Shown: positions 28,139-37,791 of the stretch, in pieces
Layout: each line of letters starts with the position of its first letter
Position numbering within the stretch: position 1 is the first letter of the stretch
From: a virus
Taxonomy: Duplodnaviria > Caudoviricetes
DNA length: 63,417 nt
Virus record (IMG/VR): IMGVR_UViG_3300029893_000006
Coordinates: 1 to 63,417 of that record
Strand: one strand, 5' to 3'
The notes under the pieces: generated by a model
What the model was told of the DNA's origin: nothing
The model's input: the letters and a program-made list of their open reading frames with translations, nothing else
The model's database searches: none
Translations under genes and position numbers: made by a program

Positions 28139-29362
28139 TCAGAAAAACGACCTTTCCACTTTTTTAGCTGCAGGTCTTTGCGTCGACTTTTCCGTATCTC
28201 CAAAGAGTGTGGACTGTGCAGGCACTCCTGCTGGCTCCTTCTGCTGTTTTCGAGCCTGCTCGTCTTTACGCCGCTGTTCAAGCTCTTTTTGGTATTGCTC
28301 CATACCGTCGCTTATTTTGTCGTAGTCAACCTCTTTTTCTTTTTTTCTGAAGTCTCTGGCCTGCGTTGCGGAAGCCTCCCCTGCTTGCTGCCGTCTTGCC
28401 ACTTCTTTTTTAAGATTCACCAGGAGTTGCTCTTTGTCCAGGTCGGGTTTGTTTAAAGTAGCCTTTCTTTTGGCTTCGGGGACAGAAAGGATATCCCAAA
28501 CTCGATGTAGTTCATTATCTATGGGGTCAGTCTCAGTTTCAGCTTTTCCCTCAGTCTCTGCATCCATTACCTTTTCTTTGTTGTTATTGATTAGGCTGGC
28601 AGGATAAAGATCATCAGGGGCTTCATCGTAGTCAGGTTCGGTTATTGTTACCTCTTCGGGTTTAATCCCGGTTTTCTCTTCGAGAAGGAACTGCGCAGGT
28701 GTTTTTCGTGAAGCAGCAAGTATCTGTTCCAACCTTACATGCTCATTGGCCAGATCCATGACGTAAACAACTTTTTTTCTGCCTTCAACCTGGACCTCTT
28801 TGGGCCGGATAATCAGCTTTAGAGGTATCCAGGCTATTTTCCCGCCAGTCAAAGTTCTGACAAAATCTATAGCACTGTTGAGATTTACTATGGAGTGATA
28901 ACTGGAAGTATCAATCTGCCAGATCCCAAGGCCGGGAACTTTATACAGCAGAAATTGGAGAGTGCCTACGGGACGGCAGTGTTTCTTTTCAGCCCATTCG
29001 CACTCCATAGGGTCACAGTCAATTTCAAGCATTTCGCCTGTTTCACGGTCTATTTGTGTTGCCTTTTCGCCGTCGCCTTTACAGAGAAGGCCGGTGCTGG
29101 AACCGTAACGCCGGTAAAACTGGCTAAAAAACTTAGTTGGATCTTCCACCGGAAACATAACATCAAGCTCCCGGGGCTTTTCGCCGTAGACCTCTTTAAA
29201 TGCCTGGGCCGCAAGCTCGGAAGTTTGTTCGTCTGCTTTGCAAACAAAGTAATCCACGGCGGCAGGGTATTCTACCCCTTTTGCATTTTCCTTCTTTATC
29301 CCCAGGCGTATCTTGCCGATTCTGGGGAGCCTTCTTACTTCGCTCAAACCTTTGATGGTCAA
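28139..29362 (-). CDS. Gp3-like (recombination directionality factor-like) protein; probable annealing partner of the exonuclease
   Basis: RLPRIGKIRLG...YPAAVDYF...CKGDGE..GIWQIDTSSYHS; TTG start after AAGGAGG. Confidence 0.8.
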   Translation of the reverse strand: MTIKGLSEVRRLPRIGKIRLGIKKENAKGVEYPAAVDYFVCKADEQTSELAAQAFKEVYGEKPRELDVMFPVEDPTKFFSQFYRRYGSSTGLLCKGDGEKATQIDRETGEMLEIDCDPMECEWAEKKHCRPVGTLQFLLYKVPGLGIWQIDTSSYHSIVNLNSAIDFVRTLTGGKIAWIPLKLIIRPKEVQVEGRKKVVYVMDLANEHVRLEQILAASRKTPAQFLLEEKTGIKPEEVTITEPDYDEAPDDLYPASLINNNKEKVMDAETEGKAETETDPIDNELHRVWDILSVPEAKRKATLNKPDLDKEQLLVNLKKEVARRQQAGEASATQARDFRKKEKEVDYDKISDGMEQYQKELEQRRKDEQARKQQKEPAGVPAQSTLFGDTEKSTQRPAAKKVERSFF

Positions 29363-29402
29363 TTTAGTATTCCTCCTTTCACTTTTTAGGCAGGGGCCGG
29401 GA

Positions 29403-29801
29403 TTAAGCAAAAAGAACGGCGTTATCCAGTTTTATATGGCATGAATCGCACACTGTAGTTAAATTATCTAGATCATCTGTTCCTCCAAGTCTTACTGGTA
29501 CTAAATGGTGAATACAGAGGCGTTTTTGGTTTGTTCCGCAAATGGTGCACTGGTAATTGTCTCTTTTTAGAACTTCCTCTCGTATTTCTTCTGAGAGAGT
29601 AACATAGGGGTAAGCCCTACCCCCAAGATAGCGATGATTTCTCCTTCCCGTTGCTCTCCATATATTTGCACAACGTAAGCTGCAAAAACGTCCCCAGCCT
29701 CTCCGAACTTCTTTAGCTTCAACCATAAAGTGCTTACTGCACAATTCGCATATTCTTTTGGTGTTCTTCAAGTGTTTTCCCATAATCACCGCCCCCGCCA
29801 A
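29403..29801 (-). CDS. HNH endonuclease with N-terminal Zn finger
   Basis: CELC...FCSLRC; RDNYQCTICG...HHLVPVRLGGTDDLDNLTTVCDSCH. Confidence 0.9.
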   Translation of the reverse strand: MAGAVIMGKHLKNTKRICELCSKHFMVEAKEVRRGWGRFCSLRCANIWRATGRRNHRYLGGRAYPYVTLSEEIREEVLKRDNYQCTICGTNQKRLCIHHLVPVRLGGTDDLDNLTTVCDSCHIKLDNAVLFA

Positions 29802-29806
29802 AACTT

Positions 29807-30049
29807 TTAATTTTCCACTCCTAACGCTTCCTCAACAGTCATTACTTCCGGGTCTATATAACGAACCAGACATTCCCAATCATTGTGGAGAATCGCCTCG
29901 TTAACCCGGTAAACATCTTCTCCTTCGTAAATTTCCCCATCGCAACCGGCACAGTGAGCCATTATTTTTGCTTCCTGGGGATCGGCAAGGCCTTGGGAAA
30001 AGCGATTTAATTGTTCCATCTTCAATACCTCCTTATAGGCCATGATCAT
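29807..30049 (-). CDS. YqaI-like small phage protein
   Basis: DPQ...CAGCDGEIYEGE. Confidence 0.55.
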   Translation of the reverse strand: MIMAYKEVLKMEQLNRFSQGLADPQEAKIMAHCAGCDGEIYEGEDVYRVNEAILHNDWECLVRYIDPEVMTVEEALGVEN

Positions 30050-30180
30050 TAATCTTCTTCATCCAAAGTAACTATAGCCAACGGCATATATTCCTAGTTC
30101 TCGTTATTGCCCAATTCCTTCAGGACTTTTTCTTTGGCTTCTGGTGTCAGATCATCAAGATAAATCTCCACTTCTTTCAT
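30049..30180 (-). pseudogene. 43-codon acidic ORF with an internal TAG
   Basis: MKEVEIYLDDLTPEAKEKVLKELGNNEN*EYMPLAIVTLDEED; GGAGG RBS. Confidence 0.45.
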
Positions 30181-30309
30181 CTTTTCGCCTCCGGTTAATA
30201 ATGGTTTTTAAGTATACAACACAACATACTTTTTCTGCTTCGTACCACCAAGCGCAATGTTCTTCTTCACAATACCATGTGCCAGCCAGTTGACATCATC
30301 GGGCATATC

Positions 30310-30567
30310 TTACCTAGCAACCGTCTCAGCCTCTTCCCTTACAACCTGCTTCAAATCGGCAATATGCTGGTTTGTTTTCATCAGTAAATCTTTTAATACT
30401 ATTGTTGTCCATTGGAAATCGTATGCGATTGTAGACTTCCCAGCCAGCCCTTTCAGCGTCTCCAAGTCCTCTACAGCCTGGTGGATGGAATCGCTGAAAC
30501 TTTCCCTGGCCTCAGTAAGCGTATAAAGTTCCTTGTTTTCCACTACGGCCCCCTCCCTTCTTCTCAT
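30310..30567 (-). CDS. Hypothetical protein
   Basis: Coupled ORF. Confidence 0.55.
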   Translation of the reverse strand: MRRREGAVVENKELYTLTEARESFSDSIHQAVEDLETLKGLAGKSTIAYDFQWTTIVLKDLLMKTNQHIADLKQVVREEAETVAR

Positions 30568-31181
30568 TTTTTCCTGTAGTTCTTTACTTCCTGAATCTCT
30601 CCGGTTCCCGGTAATGACGGTAATTGCTCGTAATCATAAAACTGGCCGTAAACTACCGGGATTTTTCCGTTTGATCTGGTTTCTGCCACTTTGTAGGCCT
30701 CCATAAAAGCCTGATAATCGAACGCCCGGAAACCCTGACGGAAGGGAATCTGCTTCAGGCGTACAAGCGGCCTTTCGATAAATATACCGGCGACCATCGG
30801 CTTGCCAGCATCCTCAGCATCTTTGGCGCAATCCACCAGCTCTGCGATAGAAGCGTCTACGACATAGGACACACCGGCCATGAAGTCCCCGCACTCTCGG
30901 GATACCATATAGCCGCCCAGGTCGTTTATCTTGCAAGAATGGCTTTGCTGAATCTTTTCCATTACTTCTGGACTAAAACCGATAATCCGGTCCACGTAAA
31001 ATTCTCCAAAGATAACAGGAGTTTTACCATCCAACTGCGCAAGCAGTATCCTGTCGCCCCAACTCATTTTCTTGAGCATCTGGAGAGATATTCTCCTGGA
31101 AACACCGTGTTTCTCCGCTTCTTTTTTAAATTTTGCCTTGGAGTAGTATTGTTTGCCTACAAAGTGCAGCCATGTTGCCAT
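30564..31181 (-). CDS. Hypothetical protein
   Basis: AAGGAGG RBS, 205 aa. Confidence 0.7.
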   Translation of the reverse strand: MATWLHFVGKQYYSKAKFKKEAEKHGVSRRISLQMLKKMSWGDRILLAQLDGKTPVIFGEFYVDRIIGFSPEVMEKIQQSHSCKINDLGGYMVSRECGDFMAGVSYVVDASIAELVDCAKDAEDAGKPMVAGIFIERPLVRLKQIPFRQGFRAFDYQAFMEAYKVAETRSNGKIPVVYGQFYDYEQLPSLPGTGEIQEVKNYRKK

Positions 31182-31214
31182 GATTTACTACCTCCTTTCC
31201 GTCAAATTAATCTT

Positions 31215-31484
31215 TTATGCAACTTCCAGCCCCCTTTCTATAATCTCCCGGTAAGTCCGGGGGAGCGCTGTCTCAAGTTTGGCATGGACAAATTCAGAAG
31301 GATGATTCGCATAAGTCCAGCGCATAAGATTAAAATGATTAATAAGTTCTCTATCTTTCTGCCGGCGTTTGCGTTCCAGCTTTTCCTTGAGTATCAAGGC
31401 CAGGGTCGTCTCCATATACCCACGCACTGCCTCGTTTTCGGTCGTGCGGTAGATATGCCTGATTGTCTCATCTGTGTTTCTCAT
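31215..31484 (-). CDS. Hypothetical protein
   Basis: Co-oriented ORF. Confidence 0.55.
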   Translation of the reverse strand: MRNTDETIRHIYRTTENEAVRGYMETTLALILKEKLERKRRQKDRELINHFNLMRWTYANHPSEFVHAKLETALPRTYREIIERGLEVA

Positions 31485-31821
31485 TAGAAGTTCTCACTCC
31501 CTTTGTTTTAATGGCAGGGAGCCTGTTACCCGGCCATTCCCGATGATAATACTCCGGGAACGCTATTCCCTCCGGCTCCTGCGCCAGCTTGATCCCGTCC
31601 CTTATGCCCTGGAGATAGAACTCGTCTTTAATGATTCCTTCCAGGGCATCTTCCAAGGATTCAATCTCCCTTAACATCCGAAAGTTTTCAGGAATAACGA
31701 GTTGCTTCTTCAGCCGTTCAAGTTTATCCCTGATTGGCACAAAGTAAGGGTCATTACTCAACCGCTCCTCAATCTCCCCCGCCCTTTTCGCTACGAACTC
31801 CATCATCCACTTGTTTTCCAA
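31468..31821 (-). CDS. Hypothetical protein
   Basis: FYLQGIRDGIKL motif; RBS. Confidence 0.6.
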   Translation of the reverse strand: MENKWMMEFVAKRAGEIEERLSNDPYFVPIRDKLERLKKQLVIPENFRMLREIESLEDALEGIIKDEFYLQGIRDGIKLAQEPEGIAFPEYYHREWPGNRLPAIKTKGVRTSNEKHR

Positions 31822-31885
31822 GCTCTCCCCTCCTCTCTCTTGCTTTTTCTCCCCTGTTCAGGTAAGATTGACAGGGGGTGTTATT

Positions 31886-32269
31886 ATGGGAAAATTTCCT
31901 CAGCGCCTTAAGAAAGCTCTTGCAAGGGCTGACAACGTTACACATAAACACATTGCCGATCTGGTTGGTATCAGCAGAGCCAGCGTTACTCACTGGCTTC
32001 GTGGGAAAAACTCCCCCAACCCGGATCAACTTGCGATTATTGCTAAAGAACTGAAGGTGTCTGTTGATTACCTTTGCGGCCTGGACCAGGAGACCTGGAT
32101 TTATGAGCTGCCTCAGCGATTGGTAGAATTCGTTAAGGAAGAAGCCTTGAGCGATCCGGTTTATCTGGAGCTGGCTACTTATATTAAGAAGTCTGGTGTT
32201 TCTCCTGAGACTGTGAAGAGTATTGTGAAGGTGCTGGAGAGGGAACTGGCTAATAAAGCTGATTCCTGA
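31886..32269 (+). CDS. XRE-family HTH regulator
   Basis: FPQRLKKAL...THKHIADLVGISRASVTHWLRGKNSP...VSVDYLCG. Confidence 0.88.
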   Translation: MGKFPQRLKKALARADNVTHKHIADLVGISRASVTHWLRGKNSPNPDQLAIIAKELKVSVDYLCGLDQETWIYELPQRLVEFVKEEALSDPVYLELATYIKKSGVSPETVKSIVKVLERELANKADS

Positions 32270-32308
32270 TATCTAACAATGCATCAATGGCCGATTGTAG
32301 CTCTTCTT

Positions 32309-32497
32309 TTATTTCCGTTTGTTCGGCACATTAAGGTCAATTCTTTCAAGAGTGGATATAATGTCCTTAATGTCATCATCTATATTGCTTACCAGCACCG
32401 CCATATTATCAACAACTTCCAGGTTATCTTCCAATACAGCCATAACTGCTTTTAAGCAGTCTTTTTTTACGTTTTCTAATTCAGCATGGACACTCAC
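32309..32497 (-). CDS. Hypothetical coiled-coil protein
   Basis: GGAGG RBS. Confidence 0.5.
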   Translation of the reverse strand: MSVHAELENVKKDCLKAVMAVLEDNLEVVDNMAVLVSNIDDDIKDIISTLERIDLNVPNKRK

Positions 32498-32605
32498 CGT
32501 TTTCCCTCCCTTCTCCCCCCCCTCAAATTTGCTCCCATTTCAATTGAAACGTTCTCCTGAGTGCGTTTTAACTAATGTTTAATTAACAATACTTATAAGA
32601 CCGTT

Positions 32606-32773
32606 TCATTCGTTAACTGCCTCCCTGTAAATCTTCCGCATATCAATCCTGATACATTTGCCGGCTTTAATGTGGGGTATTCTGCGTTCCCGGCACATGA
32701 TGTAAAGCCGGTTCTCGGTAATGTTTAAAAGTTCACTGGCTTCTTTGATAGTGAGGAAACGCTTCTCTTCCAT
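32606..32773 (-). CDS. Excisionase-like HTH_17 protein (55 aa)
   Basis: FLTIKEASELLNITENRLYIMCRERRIPHIKAGKCIRI; GGAGG RBS; not in the ORF track. Confidence 0.8.
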   Translation of the reverse strand: MEEKRFLTIKEASELLNITENRLYIMCRERRIPHIKAGKCIRIDMRKIYREAVNE

Positions 32774-32787
32774 ACGAAACGAACCTC

Positions 32788-33009
32788 CTATGCAGTTGTT
32801 TTTTTGTAAACATCAGCAAATAATTCTTCAACAGAAACATAAAAATAACGAGCAATTTTAACTGCCTCCTTAAGGCTCGGCGTCTTTGTACCTTGTTCAA
32901 TATGGGTATAATAAGAACGTGAGATTCCTAAATCTTGTGCAATTTGTTTCTGTGAAAGATTTCTTTGTGTTCTTAAAGCGTATAATATTTTTCTCACTCT
33001 TAGTTTCAC
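32788..33009 (-). CDS. Cro-like XRE repressor
   Basis: LSQKQIAQDLGISRSYYTHIEQGTKTPSL; divergent from CI. Confidence 0.9.
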   Translation of the reverse strand: MKLRVRKILYALRTQRNLSQKQIAQDLGISRSYYTHIEQGTKTPSLKEAVKIARYFYVSVEELFADVYKKTTA

Positions 33010-33024
33010 CCTTTCCTTAATCAG

Positions 33025-33149
33025 TAACTTTTAGTAACGTTTCTAATTTATATTATAGACACTTACAGTAACTTTGTCAACCCCTAAAAAAATTTTATTA
33101 TCACTTATAGTAACAGTAGGTTGCTATAAGTAACTTCTTAAACTATAAT
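33025..33149. promoter_or_regulatory. Lysis/lysogeny switch: divergent sigma-A promoters and four operator-like repeats
   Basis: Minus strand TTGACA(33080)-17-TATAAT(33057); plus strand TTGCTA(33121)-17-TATAAT(33144); ACTTWYAGYAAC at 33025, 33059, 33101 and, inverted, 33120. Confidence 0.8.
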
Positions 33150-33170
33150 GCAACTAAAAGGGGTGATAAA

Positions 33171-33800
33171 ATGACAAAAAAAGATATTTTTGCAATACGA
33201 TTAACAGAATTAAGAAAAGAATTTAAGCTAACTCAACAAAAGTTAGCAGAAAAAATCAATGTTTCCCGTTCTTCAGTAGTGCAATATGAAGCAGGAGAAA
33301 AAAGCCCGAGATATGATGTTCTTTTAAAAATCGCATCTCTGTTTGGAGTTTCTATCGATTTTTTACTTGGCAACATAGATATTAGGGCAAGATTTCCCGA
33401 AATGTTTGAACCCGAAGAAGTAAAACCTATACCCGTTCTTGGCGAAATTCATGCTGGAAAGCCTGTATTTGCTCAAGAAAATATAGAAAAATACATAACT
33501 GTTCCCGTAGAATGGATAAAAGGAGGCGAATATTTTTTGTTGCGTGTAAAAGGGAAAAGCATGGAGCCAGAAATTAAGGAGAATAGTTTGGTATTAGTAA
33601 AAAGACAGAATGATGTTTTGGATAGAGAAATTGCGGTTGTACTGTTGTCGGACGGGGAAGCGGTTATTAAGCGTGTTTTTAAAAATAACGGCAAAGTTAT
33701 TTTACAAAGTGATAATCCAGAATATAAACCAATAATACCTGAAAAAAACGAATTAATTGTTTTGGGACTGGTTAAAAAAACAATTAAGGACGTTAAATGA
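33171..33800 (+). CDS. CI-like repressor (XRE HTH plus S24 peptidase)
   Basis: HTH; IHAG autocleavage site, VKGKSM, IKR. Confidence 0.93.
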   Translation: MTKKDIFAIRLTELRKEFKLTQQKLAEKINVSRSSVVQYEAGEKSPRYDVLLKIASLFGVSIDFLLGNIDIRARFPEMFEPEEVKPIPVLGEIHAGKPVFAQENIEKYITVPVEWIKGGEYFLLRVKGKSMEPEIKENSLVLVKRQNDVLDREIAVVLLSDGEAVIKRVFKNNGKVILQSDNPEYKPIIPEKNELIVLGLVKKTIKDVK

Positions 33801-33811
33801 GGTTGATATAA

Positions 33812-34894
33812 ATGTCCGGCCACATACAGAAAAAAGGCAATAATTATTATATTGTAATTGAACAAGGTTACGATAATGATGGTAAAAGGCTTCCCGCTAA
33901 ATGGATCAGTGTACGCAAAGAGTTAGGTCTTAACCGGCCAGCAAAGTCACCAGAAGCAAAAGCTCTCTTATATCGTCTTATGGTAGAAAAACAAAAAGGC
34001 GATATTATCATACCTGCTGATATTAGCCTTGAGGAATTCTTAACAACCTGGTTAGAAAAATACAGTAAAATGAAATCTCTTGCCAAGTCAACAATAATTC
34101 AGTATGAATTTGCCCTGAAGCACATTATTCCAGTTATGGGCAGGACAAAACTGCCCAATGTTACTGGCCTTATGATCCAGAACTTCCTTACCGAAAAAAG
34201 AAAACATTATTCGGCCAATTCAGTCCATGCCATTTGCAAGGTTTTCACGCTGGGATTCAAATATGCAGTAAAGTGGAGATATATCGCCAAAAATCCGATG
34301 GATGATGTAGTCAAGCCTACTGTTCCTCGACCTGCAATACATTTTTGGACTGAGGAAGAAGCAGAAAAGTTTCTATCTGCCGTAGAAGATCATCAGTACT
34401 CTTTGCTGTTCCTTCTGGCCCTTGCCACGGGAATGAGAAAAATGGAAATATTGCGGCTGAAACGGAAGTATGTCAACTTTAATAACAACACCATAACTGT
34501 AACGGATGCCAAAACTGCTTCCGGCTGGCGCACCATTGACGTTACGCCTGTTATAATGAAAAAACTCGAACAATATAAATCCAAAAGCAATGATGAATAT
34601 ATTTTTACCACGGCAAAAGGCAAGCCTTTAATCCCGCAACTAATCAACAAAATCATGGACAGAGCAATCAAAAAGGCCGGAGTAAAGAAAATTTCTTTTC
34701 ACGGCCTGCGGCATACCTTTGCCACCCTGATGCTTTCAAAAGGTGTTAATCCTGTTGATGTTGCAGACATGCTGGGCCATGCAAATGCTTCACAACTTTG
34801 GAATACTTATGCACATGTTATAGGCAAAAATAGAAAAGAGGCAGCCCGTAAACTGGACAACCTCTTTGAAAACTTTGGAGAGAAAACGGAATGA
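33812..34894 (+). CDS. int: Tyrosine integrase
   Basis: TGMRKME, FHGLRHTFAT, LGH, TYAH. Confidence 0.96.
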   Translation: MSGHIQKKGNNYYIVIEQGYDNDGKRLPAKWISVRKELGLNRPAKSPEAKALLYRLMVEKQKGDIIIPADISLEEFLTTWLEKYSKMKSLAKSTIIQYEFALKHIIPVMGRTKLPNVTGLMIQNFLTEKRKHYSANSVHAICKVFTLGFKYAVKWRYIAKNPMDDVVKPTVPRPAIHFWTEEEAEKFLSAVEDHQYSLLFLLALATGMRKMEILRLKRKYVNFNNNTITVTDAKTASGWRTIDVTPVIMKKLEQYKSKSNDEYIFTTAKGKPLIPQLINKIMDRAIKKAGVKKISFHGLRHTFATLMLSKGVNPVDVADMLGHANASQLWNTYAHVIGKNRKEAARKLDNLFENFGEKTE

Positions 34895-35110
34895 CCTGGA
34901 GAAAAAGAAAACCCCGAATAATCGGGGTTTATTGATGTTTTAGCTTTACATCGGTGGCATATCGCCCTGATTTAATATTATGTATATTGATGCATGGTAA
35001 CAGTGATATACAGGGGATTTGTTTGTATAATGGTATTTAACTTATAGCAAACATTTATACTAATATATACTTAAAAATTCTCTCCTTGGAAAGAAGTCTG
35101 GAAAGAAAAA
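34876..35110. other. Probable attP
   Basis: Non-coding AT-rich gap after int, flanked by arm-type repeats tggagagaaa/tggagaaaaa and tggaaagaag/tggaaagaaa. Confidence 0.6.
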
Positions 35111-35127
35111 CAATCCGCATTAGATGT

Positions 35128-35409
35128 TCATTCTTTTTTCCTCGCTTCCAGCAACAGAGCGATTCCTATACCCAACATACACAAGTTTAACCCTGTATTC
35201 GTAGCTATAGTTACGAAACGGTTTTCATAAACTGTCCTTTTTTCTCTTGGACTTAAAACCGTATACTGCGATAAAGAAGTTAGCCTATCGTATTTCATGT
35301 TTATTATGTAATTCGGTGTTGATTCCCATTTGCTATCATCCCACCTGAATAAAGTAATGAACACTAAAATTAGCAGCACCAATAAAAGGATTCTTGTTTT
35401 TTTGTTCAA
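35128..35409 (-). CDS. Membrane protein (moron-like)
   Basis: Two hydrophobic segments; between the lysis cassette and attP. Confidence 0.6.
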   Translation of the reverse strand: MNKKTRILLLVLLILVFITLFRWDDSKWESTPNYIINMKYDRLTSLSQYTVLSPREKRTVYENRFVTIATNTGLNLCMLGIGIALLLEARKKE

Positions 35410-35595
35410 TTTATCTCCTTCTCTTATCTTAGTCTTGCCAAAATATTCTATTCTTCATCCTCTTCTTCCTGCTCCCCTGAGAAATAATTACAATCCTATA
35501 TGGTGGCTATAACAACTTTAATTTTTTCACAAAAAAATAAGGCCCTCCCAGGGGACATCAGGAGGGCCCTAAAAGGTATATGTTTTAGAGGGGGA

Positions 35596-35859
35596 TCACT
35601 TGTTTAATGCTTCCAGTACATTCTTTGTTCCACTATAACCACCAATGGCGCTCAATCCTACCGCTAGACCCATGATAAGTGCTGTAAACCATTGTGCCCC
35701 GCCATAGTACGAATATCCAAAACTTGCTCCAATCCCAAGGCCAAGAGACAGAACAGGCGCATACTTCGGATTAAGATTCGTCGTTCTTTTAACTACTTCT
35801 ACAACTCCGACAATAAGTCCAACCGCACCAACGCCGGCAATCAGATCCAGGTCAGTCAT
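35596..35859 (-). CDS. Holin
   Basis: LIVGVVEVVKR..LNPKYAPVLSLGLG...GLSAIGGYSGTKN; three TM segments. Confidence 0.85.
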   Translation of the reverse strand: MTDLDLIAGVGAVGLIVGVVEVVKRTTNLNPKYAPVLSLGLGIGASFGYSYYGGAQWFTALIMGLAVGLSAIGGYSGTKNVLEALNK

Positions 35860-35960
35860 GTTTAACACCTCCCCCCTGCAAATTTTAACCGGAGAGCTAA
35901 AGAATTTAAGCACCTTGCCTCTTAACTGTCCCCCTTCGTAGGTTTACCTTAAGACACCTT

Positions 35961-36668
35961 TCACCCCTCTGTTTGGTCAAATTTGTGGCCTGTTTTTTCG
36001 CCGATCTCGATAATAACGGCATTATAAAGATTTTTTATCATTGAAACAGCCTGCGCCCTGGTTAAAGAATCATCAGGTTTAAAGCTACCGTCAGGGGAAC
36101 CCTTGATAATTCCCTTCTCTTTGGCCCACTGGAGATCGTCAATATTCCAGTAATCATTAGGCACATCGGTAAATAATTGCAAGTGCTTCTTTACCATGGT
36201 TATAAAAAAAGTCCACCCTCCCGGTCTGCCCCTTAACACCCTGGGACAGTTTTTTCTTGTCCAGTGATGATGTTGAACCACAAAGTCAGGCGAAATATTT
36301 AAGGTATTGCAGAGAAAGGCTGTAAGCCGGTAAGCATTTTCCTCCGCCTTTAACTGTCTGTTCGTGTCCGTAAATTCACATATTTCAATGCCTATGCTTT
36401 TACGGTTCCCCGGGCCGTTTGTTCCGTCTCCTGTGTGCCACCCTGATTCGTTTAAAGGTAAATGCTGGACTATATGTAGGTCATCAACTGTGAAATGATA
36501 GGAAACAGGCAATCTTTCAGCGATAGAGTTCTTGCTTAAATAATTTCCGTGTGCTAGGGCTGTAGCATTTGGGTTGCCGGTGTTGTGAATTGTAATATAT
36601 TGAGGCGTCATAAAAAAACCCGGACGGTTGGCCCGGTTTTCCGGTATGATGTTTTTGATAATATCCAA
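35961..36668 (-). CDS. Endolysin: Amidase_2 plus SLH domain
   Basis: ITIHNTGN, HFTVDD, WHTGDG, SIGIEICE, KNCP; GIIKGSPDGSFKPDDSLTRAQ. Confidence 0.93.
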   Translation of the reverse strand: MDIIKNIIPENRANRPGFFMTPQYITIHNTGNPNATALAHGNYLSKNSIAERLPVSYHFTVDDLHIVQHLPLNESGWHTGDGTNGPGNRKSIGIEICEFTDTNRQLKAEENAYRLTAFLCNTLNISPDFVVQHHHWTRKNCPRVLRGRPGGWTFFITMVKKHLQLFTDVPNDYWNIDDLQWAKEKGIIKGSPDGSFKPDDSLTRAQAVSMIKNLYNAVIIEIGEKTGHKFDQTEG

Positions 36669-36670
36669 CT

Positions 36671-36895
36671 TTAACAGCTCCCGTTAGCATCAAAATCCTT
36701 TTCTATTTGGCTAAAGTCTTGACCGCTGATCCTTGCCAGGATAATAGAGTTTAGTTTTAACTGGCGTGTCATTCCGGCTATGGCCCTTTCATGTTTGTTT
36801 GCAGAATCCTTTATAGTCGCATTTAAGGTTGTTAAGGCGTACCAAGCAATTACCGCCGCAAATCCAAAATTAGCCAACCATTGATATTCCTGCAA
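36671..36895 (-). CDS. Small membrane protein (YvrJ/holin-like)
   Basis: ANFGFAAVIAWYAL. Confidence 0.55.
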   Translation of the reverse strand: MQEYQWLANFGFAAVIAWYALTTLNATIKDSANKHERAIAGMTRQLKLNSIILARISGQDFSQIEKDFDANGSC

Positions 36896-36920
36896 ATTGA
36901 CCGCCTCCTGACCTTGGAAA

Positions 36921-37733
36921 TTATGTTAGTATAAACTCAACCGGTTCACCGGTGATAAGCCCTATATTCTGCTTGCTTTTTGCCTGATTATAGAATTTCT
37001 CCACATGCCAGGCCGGAGTAATGAAGCTGATATTGTCCACCGGGATTGTCTTGGCCTGATCAGCCCAAACCACTTTCCACGTTGGCAGACCAATCAGCTC
37101 TCCGGCTAAATTAAAGGCCCCGCCCCCGCTATTGCCAGGGTTTACAGCCGCATCAGTCTGAATAAACTCGCACCCGCTGAAAATACGCTTCTCAAAACTT
37201 ACAATCCCTTTGGAGGCCGAATGAAGATACCCAAGGGGATTGCCGAAGCAGAAAACTTCATCCATCCAGATTGCTTCCTGCGCAAACTTAACTGGCTTGC
37301 AGTAGCTTTCAGGAATACCCTTGCATCGAATGATTGCTATATCCTGGCCAAAGTCTCCGGTTAATACTTCCGCATTAAAACCATAGGAAGGCAGCTTCAT
37401 GCAAAATACTTTGATATCGGAGCAAACATCCAATCCTACCGTAACTACATGAACGTTTGTAGCTATAAAGCCTGTCGTATCAAGCATAACCCCGCTTCCC
37501 AGGCTTGTTACTCCGTTGTGTGTCGCCAGGATTTTTACCACGGAAGGGGTTACTTCTTTAACCAGGTCCCAGGGCCTTGAATACACCCTGGAGATCATAG
37601 CAGTTGCCTGCGCCCTGTTAACGGGATCGTCCGGCTTGAAACTTCCATCAGGGAAGCCAGCAATCATTTTTCTCTTGAAGAGAATTTCCAGGGCCTTGTA
37701 AAACCAGTCTGTAGGCTTAATGTCGTTAAACAT
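36921..37733 (-). CDS. SLH domain plus trypsin-like (HtrA-type) serine protease
   Basis: FNDIKPTDWFY...GFPDGSFKPDDPVNRAQ; GSG, TNVHV, DIAII, QTDAAVNPGNSGG. Confidence 0.92.
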   Translation of the reverse strand: MFNDIKPTDWFYKALEILFKRKMIAGFPDGSFKPDDPVNRAQATAMISRVYSRPWDLVKEVTPSVVKILATHNGVTSLGSGVMLDTTGFIATNVHVVTVGLDVCSDIKVFCMKLPSYGFNAEVLTGDFGQDIAIIRCKGIPESYCKPVKFAQEAIWMDEVFCFGNPLGYLHSASKGIVSFEKRIFSGCEFIQTDAAVNPGNSGGGAFNLAGELIGLPTWKVVWADQAKTIPVDNISFITPAWHVEKFYNQAKSKQNIGLITGEPVEFILT

Positions 37734-37791
37734 ATAATCACCCTTTCTTAAAATAGTGAGGGCAGGGTTTTTAGTCCCTACCCTCTTCCCG

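Noticed and set aside
20223-29801. Free-standing HNH genes as homing partners of the capsid intron
   Set aside because: Far from the intron, and nothing in the sequence links them
30049-30180. Stop-codon reassignment suggested by in-frame TAG here and TGA at 20851
   Set aside because: TAG and TGA end many intact genes (for example the giant gene and int), and coding density is high under code 11; isolated nonsense mutations are more likely
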